Below are positions 1-6,268 of a stretch of DNA of 10,778 nt, piece by piece. The stretch covers positions 1 to 10,778 of the forward strand of contig JBLICC010000028.1 in assembly GCA_047631715.1 (NCBI GenBank). The letters are read 5' to 3'. The stretch comes from Alteromonas naphthalenivorans (GTDB taxonomy: Bacteria > Babelota > Babeliae > Babelales > CAIQNR01). The position numbers and the translations under genes were made by a program. A model generated the notes under the pieces. It saw only the letters and a program-made list of their open reading frames with translations, was not told the origin of the DNA and did not search any database. How positions within the stretch are numbered: the stretch's first letter is position 1; each line of letters starts with the position of its first letter.

Positions 1-283
1 CATACACACCTAAATATTCAAGCTGCCGAATAACAGAAGAAGCAAAAAACCCTGTCTTAGAACCAAGACGAGGGAGAACAAAATCGGGAAGAGGAATAAC
101 CTTATCATCAATCAGAATACTTTTTCTATCATCTCGAGTTACTACAAGCTCAAATTGCTCTGGCAATACTACCTGCAAATCAATATCTCGAGTTTTTGCA
201 ACTTCAAGTAATCGAATAATATTATAATCTTTTTCGATAAGTTTATCTTCAGGCGTATGATAAATAATTAACCCTCGAATCAT
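1..283 (-). CDS. rimK: RimK-family alpha-L-glutamate ligase (ATP-grasp), N-terminal 94 aa; runs off the left edge
   Basis: Manual translation from ATG (plus-strand cat 281-283) is open to base 1: MIRGLIIYHTPEDKLIEKDYNIIRLLEVAKTRDIDLQVVLPEQFELVVTRDDRKSILIDDKVIPLPDFVLPRLGSKTGFFASSVIRQLEYLGVY. 'RLLEVAKTRD' and 'PDFVLPRLG...VIRQLEYLGV' resemble the RimK pre-ATP-grasp region (D-x-V-I-P-R-I-G...RQFEMLG). SD-like AAGGGA at 291-296 (-). Confidence 0.85.
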   Translation of the reverse strand, partial: MIRGLIIYHTPEDKLIEKDYNIIRLLEVAKTRDIDLQVVLPEQFELVVTRDDRKSILIDDKVIPLPDFVLPRLGSKTGFFASSVIRQLEYLGVY

Positions 284-376
284 CGATTTTTCCCTTAGTA
301 AAGTGTTTTAGAAAAATCAATACTATCCGAATGTATAAAAAAAGAAAGATTTTTAAGAATAATTTTATATAAATAC

Positions 377-408
377 AAAAATCCAGCTTAATAAGAAAAA
401 AAGCTGGA
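377..408 (-). terminator. Probable intrinsic terminator of the tRNA cluster, overlapping the tRNA-Ser 3' end
   Basis: 8-bp inverted repeat TCCAGCTT (382-389)/AAGCTGGA (401-408), 11-nt loop, followed on the - strand by TTTTT (381-377). Confidence 0.55.
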
Positions 409-494
409 GGAGAGAGTGGGATTCGAACCCACGGTCCGCGCAAACGGACTTCGGTTTTCAAGACCGACGCATTCGACCACTCTGCCATCTCTCC
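405..494 (-). tRNA. tRNA-Ser(UGA)
   Basis: Reverse complement GGAGAGATGGCAGAGTGGTCGAATGCG-TCGGT-CT-TGA-AA-ACCGA-long variable arm (GTCCG/CGGAC)-GTGGG-TTCGAAT-CCCAC-TCTCTCC-T-CCA; acceptor GGAGAGA/TCTCTCC; encoded CCA. Confidence 0.97.
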
Positions 495-546
495 AACAAA
501 ACAACCAGCTAAAAAGCTGGCCTACCAACGTATAGTTGGTATAATA

Positions 547-623
547 TGGTGCGCCCAGGAGGAGTCGAACCTCCAACCCTCAGATTCGTAGTCTGATACT
601 CTATCCAATTGAGCTATGGGCGC
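547..623 (-). tRNA. tRNA-Arg(ACG)
   Basis: Reverse complement GCGCCCATAGCTCAATTGGATAGAGTA-TCAGA-CT-ACG-AA-TCTGA-GGGTT-GGAGG-TTCGACT-CCTCC-TGGGCGC-A-CCA. Confidence 0.98.
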
Positions 624-639
624 ATAAATTTCAATATCT

Positions 640-726
640 TGGTACCGAGGGCCGGACTCGAACCGGCACAATGTCGCCATCGCAGGATTTTGAATCCTGT
701 GCGTCTACCAATTCCGCCACCCCGGC
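640..726 (-). tRNA. tRNA-Leu(CAA)
   Basis: Reverse complement GCCGGGGTGGCGGAATTGGTAGACGCA-CAGGA-TT-CAA-AA-TCCTG-class II variable arm-GCCGG-TTCGAGT-CCGGC-CCTCGGT-A-CCA. Confidence 0.97.
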
Positions 727-738
727 TTCTATTCAAAG

Positions 739-744
739 ATTATA
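739..744 (-). promoter_or_regulatory. Candidate -10 box for the Leu-Arg-Ser tRNA transcript
   Basis: TATAAT on the - strand 12 nt upstream of tRNA-Leu. No well-spaced consensus -35 (TTGACT at 770-775 is 25 nt away). Confidence 0.4.
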
Positions 745-784
745 AAAGCGTAATGAAAAAGTTCATCTTAGTCAAACTATAAAC

Positions 785-1075
785 CTAAAAAATAAGATTT
801 TCTTGATGCGATAGTCCCATTTTATCACAGAATTCCTCAAAAGTAAGGGCAATATGAAGTTTTATTTTCTTCTTCCTGACGATTAATCCAGCAATAATCT
901 CGATATCGTTTTGTGGAATTTTTAATTGTTTAGAAAGTAATTTTATAAGTTCTTTATTTGCCGCACCTTTTTCGGGGGCACTTTTTAAAAAACATTTAAG
1001 ATCACCCTTCTTATCAAGCTCAAAACAAGATTTACCTGACTGCGGGACTACCTTAATTTCGAGAATCAAAGCCAT
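785..1075 (-). CDS. DUF167 / UPF0235 (YggU-like) protein
   Basis: 96 aa with 'LEIKVVPQS', 'LKSAPEKGAANKELIKLLSKQLKI' and 'IEIIAGLIVRKK', the DUF167 pattern (V-x-P...A-P-P-x-x-G-x-A-N...G-x-x-x-R-x-K). Confidence 0.9.
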   Translation of the reverse strand: MALILEIKVVPQSGKSCFELDKKGDLKCFLKSAPEKGAANKELIKLLSKQLKIPQNDIEIIAGLIVRKKKIKLHIALTFEEFCDKMGLSHQENLIF

Positions 1076-1101
1076 ATCTTACTTTCTTTATAGATTAAAA
1101 C

Positions 1102-1129
1102 TTGCATAAACTTCTTAATATCGTATCCT
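1102..1129 (+). promoter_or_regulatory. Candidate sigma70 promoter for tRNA-Ser(GCU)
   Basis: TTGCAT (1102-1107)-N16-TATCCT (1124-1129), 27 nt upstream of the tRNA. Confidence 0.4.
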
Positions 1130-1156
1130 TTTTAACTATCAAATACAAAGTTGTCT

Positions 1157-1247
1157 GGAGAGGTGGCTGAGTGGTCTAAAGCGCTCGCCTGCTAAGCGAG
1201 ATCTGGGGTAACCCGGAACGAGGGTTCGAATCCCTTCCTCTCCTCCA
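1157..1247 (+). tRNA. tRNA-Ser(GCU)
   Basis: GGAGAGGTGGCTGAGTGGTCTAAAGCG-CTCGC-CT-GCT-AA-GCGAG-variable arm TCTGGG/GTAA/CCCGGA-GAGGG-TTCGAAT-CCCTT-CCTCTCC-T-CCA. Confidence 0.97.
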
Positions 1248-1282
1248 GTTTTTGTTTCATATTATTTTCAAAAAAATTAAAA

Positions 1283-1318
1283 AGTTTAACCAGGAAGTAG
1301 CATATACTCCTGAAAACT
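1283..1318 (+). terminator. Imperfect hairpin downstream of tRNA-Ser(GCU), possible terminator or processing signal
   Basis: CAGG(A)AGTA-gcata-TACTCCTG (1291-1312) flanked by AGTTT/AAACT; lacks a clean U-tract. Confidence 0.3.
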
Positions 1319-1334
1319 ATCTTTAGGTTCAAAA

Positions 1335-1363
1335 TTGACCGTTTATCATCCTGCCTATATACT
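1335..1363 (+). promoter_or_regulatory. sigma70-type promoter of the MutS-like operon
   Basis: TTGACC (1335-1340)-N17-TATACT (1358-1363), near consensus. Implies a TSS near 1370, favouring ATG 1414 over TTG 1369. Confidence 0.7.
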
Positions 1364-1413
1364 TTCTATTGAACTATTTAGAGGCTGTATCACACGCTGT
1401 TTGGAGTTATAGC

Positions 1414-3495
1414 ATGCGCATGGTCAAGACTGTTTTTTTGGGATTCCTGTCTTTTTTATTACCATTTTTTTTATTTTCTCATGATCGTACATTACTTGAT
1501 ACAATGGCGCGAGACAATCTTAGAACTATCATGAATAATTCTTTAGAAGAAGAGAATACTCTTAACTCTTTGATAAAAAAAAATAAAAAGTTTTACGAAG
1601 TTCTAGAGACCACACTCAAACAGCAACAACATTTATCTCCAGAAAAAAAACGCCGTTTAGCTTTTTCTCTTTTATCTGATTACGAAAAAGAATACCCAAC
1701 TACTCATTCAACCGTTCTTGATAAAACTTCGTGGCAAGATCTTGAAATACTTTCTGGCCCAAAATCTAATCTATCTCACTACCTGGCAGCAAAACTCGAT
1801 AGAACATTAACCGAAATTGGCCGTATTACTTTATTTAAAAAACTTATTACGCCACAATCGAATCCTGATTGTTTAGCGACTTATCAAGCTATTGTTAAAG
1901 AATTTGTATTTAACGAAAATCTATTCTTAGATATTGATCATCACTTAAATCGATTAAAAGAATCAGAAAACATTATTCTTTCTCTCTGGGAAGAAGATAT
2001 TTTTGAAAGCATCCTAAAACAAAGCGCTCTCAGTATTCCTTATGCACCAGAAACATCAGAATGGATCGACAGAAGTTCTAATCTGGTTGAATTTGCAAAC
2101 GTTACTCGTCTTGTAAGTTTAGTTGGAACCAATACCTACATGGCTGTAGGTGCACTTTCTTTACCCGCACAAGGCATTGCTCAATTAATGGATAGCCGTT
2201 CTTACCCAGAAATAAAAAATTTTAATGAAACATGGGGCCTAGGCGCCATGAGCATTTTAAGTGTTACCGGCCTTTTCTTTTATGTTCTTAAAAAGCGCCA
2301 TGATAATAAGTATATCGATGCATTTTCCAATATTATTAGCGGACCCTTTGGTGGCGTAAATGTTCTCTATTTAGATGATCACTTGCGCAATGAATCGGCA
2401 TTCAAAAAAGGTTTGCAAACAAAATTAATCGCTGCAGCACAGTACATAGATGCACTTAAGCAACTTTCTTTAACTACTCAAAACAATCCACTACTCGTAC
2501 AAAAATTCCCAGCTATTATTACTCTTACTGCCGATCTTGATGTACTTTCAAAAAAATCTTCAGAGATAAAACAACTTCTTGGTCTATTAGAAACAAGTAC
2601 CTTTAAAGGCAAACCAAGACTTTTTTCTCTCTACGGTAGAATGTATGTTGCCTATAAATTACTCGGGAAAATAAAACATGAGTTTGTACCGTTTATGATT
2701 ACGGCAGGAGAACTTGATGTTTATCTATCGTGCTCAAAACTTATTAAAGAATTTAAATCTGAACGTGTTGATTTTTGCTTTCCTCAATACATAATTACTT
2801 CAAATCAACCATTTATAACAGCTGAATATTTTTGGAATCCTGCAATTAGTCCTCAAAAAGTAGTGCCAAGCTCTCTTACTATTAATAAAGAAACAGGACA
2901 AAATATTATTGTTACAGGGCCCAATGCTGGTGGAAAATCAACAGTCATCAAAGGTCTAATAGTAAATGTTATAATGTCTCAAAGTTTAGGCATTGCAGCT
3001 GCACAATCATTTACGCTTACTCCCTTTACAAACATTATGACTTATTTAAATATTACCGATGATATTGCAGCAGGAAATTCTCATTTTAAAGCAGGTGTTT
3101 TACGTGCCCGTGAGCTTATTGAAACGGCAAAAAAACAGAACTATAACCAATTTAGTTTTACTGCTGTTGATGAAGTATTTAATGGAACAACCTTCAAAGA
3201 AGGCCAAGCTGCTGCCTATTCACTTATTGAACATCTCGGTAGCTATACTAACAATATATGTGTCACCGTTACTCATTTTCCAAAAATTACTCGGCTCGAA
3301 GAACGAACAGACCATTTTTCAAACTATAAAGTTACTGTACAAAAAAATAATTCTGGTAGAATTATGTATCCCTATAAGCTTGAACCTGGAATATCTCATC
3401 AAGCTATTGCTCTTGATATTTTGAAACAAGAAGGATTTGATGATACATTTTTAAATAAGGCTCAAGAAATTTTAAACGAAACAGATGAAGGATAA
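1414..3495 (+). CDS. Atypical MutS-family ATPase (domain III-like + domain V) with N-terminal signal/anchor peptide and internal hydrophobic segments, 693 aa
   Basis: Walker A GPNAGGKS (2917-2940), 'GNSHF' (MutS S-x-F), Walker B 'AVDEVFNGT' (from ~3163), 'VTHF', C-terminal 'YKLEPGISHQAIALDIL'. Domain III-like 'LDKTSWQDLEIL...LDRTLTEIGRITL'. Start set at ATG 1414 because GGAG (1403-1406) lies 7 nt upstream. N-terminus MRMVKTVFLGFLSFLLPFFLFSH. Confidence 0.85.
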   Translation: MRMVKTVFLGFLSFLLPFFLFSHDRTLLDTMARDNLRTIMNNSLEEENTLNSLIKKNKKFYEVLETTLKQQQHLSPEKKRRLAFSLLSDYEKEYPTTHSTVLDKTSWQDLEILSGPKSNLSHYLAAKLDRTLTEIGRITLFKKLITPQSNPDCLATYQAIVKEFVFNENLFLDIDHHLNRLKESENIILSLWEEDIFESILKQSALSIPYAPETSEWIDRSSNLVEFANVTRLVSLVGTNTYMAVGALSLPAQGIAQLMDSRSYPEIKNFNETWGLGAMSILSVTGLFFYVLKKRHDNKYIDAFSNIISGPFGGVNVLYLDDHLRNESAFKKGLQTKLIAAAQYIDALKQLSLTTQNNPLLVQKFPAIITLTADLDVLSKKSSEIKQLLGLLETSTFKGKPRLFSLYGRMYVAYKLLGKIKHEFVPFMITAGELDVYLSCSKLIKEFKSERVDFCFPQYIITSNQPFITAEYFWNPAISPQKVVPSSLTINKETGQNIIVTGPNAGGKSTVIKGLIVNVIMSQSLGIAAAQSFTLTPFTNIMTYLNITDDIAAGNSHFKAGVLRARELIETAKKQNYNQFSFTAVDEVFNGTTFKEGQAAAYSLIEHLGSYTNNICVTVTHFPKITRLEERTDHFSNYKVTVQKNNSGRIMYPYKLEPGISHQAIALDILKQEGFDDTFLNKAQEILNETDEG

Positions 3496-3497
3496 TT

Positions 3498-3944
3498 ATG
3501 AAAATGCGCCGTTTTTTACTTAATAAACTAGCACGTGATAAAACTGTAGAAAGATTTACAGCACATAAAGCTGTTGTAAAATCTAAAATACTCGAAGACA
3601 ATAACGAGTATCTAGAAGCAATGACACAAAAAATTGTTGAAGAACTAGAAGAAGTATTTGATTCACAATCTCAAGAAGAACTCATTGTAGAACTTGCAGA
3701 TTTTGAAGAAGTTATGGATGCATTCAAAAAACTAGTAGATATAGATCAAAAAGATATCGATGATGTCCGTAAAGCTAAAGGCGCAGAACGTGGATTCTTT
3801 GGAGATCGTGTTTTTGTAGAACATGTAGATGTACCTGAATCTGCAACAGAAATTCTTGAGTATGTAGAAGCCCAACCAGATAAATATCCAGAAGTAGATC
3901 CTAAAACAGGTGAATTTTTGGAAAGTGATGACGAAGACGCATAG
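3498..3944 (+). CDS. All-alpha NTP pyrophosphohydrolase, MazG superfamily (COG4997 / PRA-PH-like)
   Basis: 'NKLARDK' N-terminal motif, acidic metal-binding motif 'KIVEELEE...VELADFEEV', and 'RKAKGAERGFF' (cf. R-x-x-K-x-x-x-R-G-x-F). Starts 2 nt after the MutS-like stop; SD GAAGGA (3487-3492) lies within the upstream gene. Confidence 0.8.
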   Translation: MKMRRFLLNKLARDKTVERFTAHKAVVKSKILEDNNEYLEAMTQKIVEELEEVFDSQSQEELIVELADFEEVMDAFKKLVDIDQKDIDDVRKAKGAERGFFGDRVFVEHVDVPESATEILEYVEAQPDKYPEVDPKTGEFLESDDEDA

Positions 3945-3964
3945 TCTTTAACTAAGGAAATTAT

Positions 3965-5290
3965 ATGTCTGATTCTTTTTTTTCTTGTCTAGAACTTATT
4001 GATGATAGCTTTTGGAATTATGCAGGCGTGCCTGTACTCCTCACACTTGGTTTTTATCTTTCTGTAAAAGCTAAGTTTATGCAAGTTACCCACTTTAGAA
4101 AAATAACCAATATTTTTTTTAGCTTTTTAGATAAGAAAGAAAAGAAGAAGACAACAGAACGCGGCATTCCTGGCATCAAAGCATTTTTTGCCGCTGTTGG
4201 TGGATGTATTGGTGTTGCCAATTTAGTATCAGTTTGTAGTGCTGTGCAAATTGGCGGACCCGGTGCAGTTTTTTGGATGTGGATTGCAGCATTTTTGGGC
4301 ATGATTGTTAAGTATGCAGAAATCTATGTTGGTATGAAGTATCGCGTAAAAAACAATACAGGTGGATACGATGGCGGCCCTATGTACTTTTTACAACATG
4401 CAACATCAAACCCCTGGATTCCTAAATTTGTTTGTATCTTACTGTGCATCTATGGCGTAGACATGTATATCTTTAGAATCGTTACCCATAGTTTTGTTGC
4501 CTCATGGAACTGGGACCCTTACTTAGTTACTGCATTTCTTTTGATTGCCGTTTTATTTGGTGGAGAACGAGGCATTAAACGCGTAGGTGATATTAGTAGT
4601 GTTATTGTACCCATCTTCTTGCTTGCTTTTATTGGATGCAGTAGTTGGATATTCTTAACCCATTGGCATCTTATTCCTGGTGTGTTTGCTGATATTTTTT
4701 ATTCAGCCTTTACTCCACGTGCAGCAATTGGTGCCTTTACCGGTGCAAGTCTTATGACTACCATTTCTTATGGTATGAAGCGTGCGTGCTACACAGGAGA
4801 CATTGGAATTGGGTATGCATCTATTATTCATAGTGAATCAGCAGAAAAAGACCCTGCTCGTCAAGCAGCACTTGGTATTTTTGGCATTTTCTTAGATACC
4901 TTTGTTGTGTGCACCATGAGTGTATTACTTATTTTGGTTACCGGAGCATGGCACCAAGGCATTAACGAAGAACTCATTGTTCCTCATGTTATGAGCCAAT
5001 ATATTCCTGGTGTAGATATTATATGGCCATTGTTTGTCTTTATGCTTGGATACTCAACATTACTCGCAATTTTTGCTTCTGGTAAAAAAGCTGCTAAATT
5101 TTTACATCCAAAATATGGACCTGGCTTATATAACGCATATGCCATTGTTATGTTTTTGATATTTTCTTTTGTAGGAACCAACGAACAAATTATGATACCT
5201 ATGTCTTTAATAGGCGGTCTGTTACTGGTTATTAATGTATGGGGACTCTTTAAACTACGCAAGTCTATTTCTTACAAACTATCAAAATAA
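3965..5290 (+). CDS. Alanine/glycine:cation symporter (AGCS / AlsT family)
   Basis: Many TM segments; 'GGPGAVFWMWIAAFLGMIVKYAE', 'GGPMYF', 'GIFLDTFVVCTMS'. SD AAGGA at 3954-3958. Confidence 0.93.
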   Translation: MSDSFFSCLELIDDSFWNYAGVPVLLTLGFYLSVKAKFMQVTHFRKITNIFFSFLDKKEKKKTTERGIPGIKAFFAAVGGCIGVANLVSVCSAVQIGGPGAVFWMWIAAFLGMIVKYAEIYVGMKYRVKNNTGGYDGGPMYFLQHATSNPWIPKFVCILLCIYGVDMYIFRIVTHSFVASWNWDPYLVTAFLLIAVLFGGERGIKRVGDISSVIVPIFLLAFIGCSSWIFLTHWHLIPGVFADIFYSAFTPRAAIGAFTGASLMTTISYGMKRACYTGDIGIGYASIIHSESAEKDPARQAALGIFGIFLDTFVVCTMSVLLILVTGAWHQGINEELIVPHVMSQYIPGVDIIWPLFVFMLGYSTLLAIFASGKKAAKFLHPKYGPGLYNAYAIVMFLIFSFVGTNEQIMIPMSLIGGLLLVINVWGLFKLRKSISYKLSK

Positions 5291-5303
5291 AACTTTAAAA
5301 AAC

Positions 5304-5332
5304 TTGTTTTAAGAAAAGCTTTTTTTTACACT
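5304..5332 (+). promoter_or_regulatory. Candidate sigma70 promoter for the RING-finger gene
   Basis: TTGTTT (5304-5309)-N17-TACACT (5327-5332); SD AAGGGA at 5347-5352. Confidence 0.5.
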
Positions 5333-5357
5333 AAGGCCTCAACATAAAGGGACCTTA

Positions 5358-6179
5358 ATGAACAAAAAAGCTTTTCTTCTATCTTTCTTATTCTTAGTCT
5401 TATCTACACATTGTGCTCACGAAGAATCTTTTCTTGAAAGAGCTATAAAAAAATCTACAAGAATTGGTGATTCGCAATGGCTCGATGAACTTCTAGTACA
5501 AAATAATACTGCTGCACCTGTTTTATTTTATGCAGCAAAATATGGCCATCTGTCTACCTTCTTTGTTAGTTGTGCCTACAAACAAAGATGCATAACCACA
5601 CGTAAAGAACAAAAAAGAATTTTGAAACGTCTTATTTTATCGGGCAATCCGCAAAATGTTAAAGTAAGTTTTGATGAAAGTCTTCTAAAACCAGAAATTA
5701 TAGATGATGAGATTATCAATTTTGCTATTCAACGCAGCTATATGTATAACAAAAACAAACAAATATATGACTATCTTAAAACAAAAAAACTTGTAATAAA
5801 AACAATTCCCGTAAAAAAAAGAAAAAGAGAAAACACAGAAGAAGAATTAAAAGTAATTGCAAAAAAAACAAAATACCAACAAACAGCATGCTCTATTTGC
5901 TTAGAGGAATTCACAGAAGAAGAACTTTCACCTTCATATGAATTACCTTGTAAACATGTGTTTCATCCTCCTTGTGCAGCTAGCTGGTTTTCATCTCGTG
6001 GCTTTAAACAATGCCCTACATGCAAACAACCAAAAAACACTTTTGAAAAAAACACTCCACCTGACTGGATGACATGGATACATGCAGACCAAGGAGATAA
6101 CACCAATATAGATGCTCAAAGGCAAGCACTTGAAGCATTTGCAGGTTTAAGAGAAGCTAACAGAGCTGTATCTTCATAA
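5358..6179 (+). CDS. Secreted RING-H2 zinc-finger protein (putative E3 ubiquitin ligase effector) with NLS-like motif
   Basis: Signal peptide MNKKAFLLSFLFLVLSTHCA. C178-x2-C181-x16-C198-x-H200-x2-H203-x2-C206-x12-C219-x2-C222 (5889-6023) with W210. PVKKRKR at 5808-5828. Ankyrin-like fragment PVLFYAAKYGHL at 5517-5552. Confidence 0.85.
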   Translation: MNKKAFLLSFLFLVLSTHCAHEESFLERAIKKSTRIGDSQWLDELLVQNNTAAPVLFYAAKYGHLSTFFVSCAYKQRCITTRKEQKRILKRLILSGNPQNVKVSFDESLLKPEIIDDEIINFAIQRSYMYNKNKQIYDYLKTKKLVIKTIPVKKRKRENTEEELKVIAKKTKYQQTACSICLEEFTEEELSPSYELPCKHVFHPPCAASWFSSRGFKQCPTCKQPKNTFEKNTPPDWMTWIHADQGDNTNIDAQRQALEAFAGLREANRAVSS

Positions 6180-6198
6180 AACTAAAAATGTAAGAAAG

Positions 6199-6252
6199 TT
6201 TAAGAAATAAAGGCATGGATACTTAATTGCATTCATGCCTTTATTTCTTAAA
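6199..6252. terminator. Bidirectional intrinsic terminator between the convergent RING and ABC-F genes
   Basis: Perfect 19-bp inverted repeat TTTAAGAAATAAAGGCATG (6199-6217)/CATGCCTTTATTTCTTAAA (6234-6252); GC core with U-rich tails on both strands. Confidence 0.8.
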
Positions 6253-6268
6253 ACTAAATTAAATTAGA

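Noticed and set aside
405..494. tRNA-Sec or suppressor tRNA
   Set aside because: The anticodon reads UGA (Ser), not UCA, with a normal 7-bp acceptor stem.
249..576. ORF-track ORFs 249..488 (-) and 388..576 (-)
   Set aside because: They are translations through the tRNA-Ser and tRNA-Arg genes, and the first overlaps the rimK start out of frame.
1369..1413. TTG start at 1369 for the MutS-like gene (similarly TTG 8978 and TTG 10245)
   Set aside because: Downstream ATGs (1414, 8972, 10251) have properly spaced SD sequences, and 1369 coincides with the predicted TSS.
3059..3601. ORFs 3059..3424 (+) and 3404..3601 (-)
   Set aside because: Alternative-frame or antisense shadows of the MutS-like and NTP-PPase genes with no recognisable motifs.
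4054..5262. Antisense ORFs 4054..4302 and 4984..5262
   Set aside because: Lie wholly opposite the well-supported AGCS symporter.
1575..5830. Poly-A tracts within coding regions as phase-variation sites
   Set aside because: Runs of about 8-9 A are expected from Lys codons in an AT-rich genome, and all frames are intact.
1157..6252. Genomic island integrated at the tRNA-Ser(GCU) 3' end
   Set aside because: No integrase, no duplicated tRNA 3' end seen in the window, and no obvious compositional shift.
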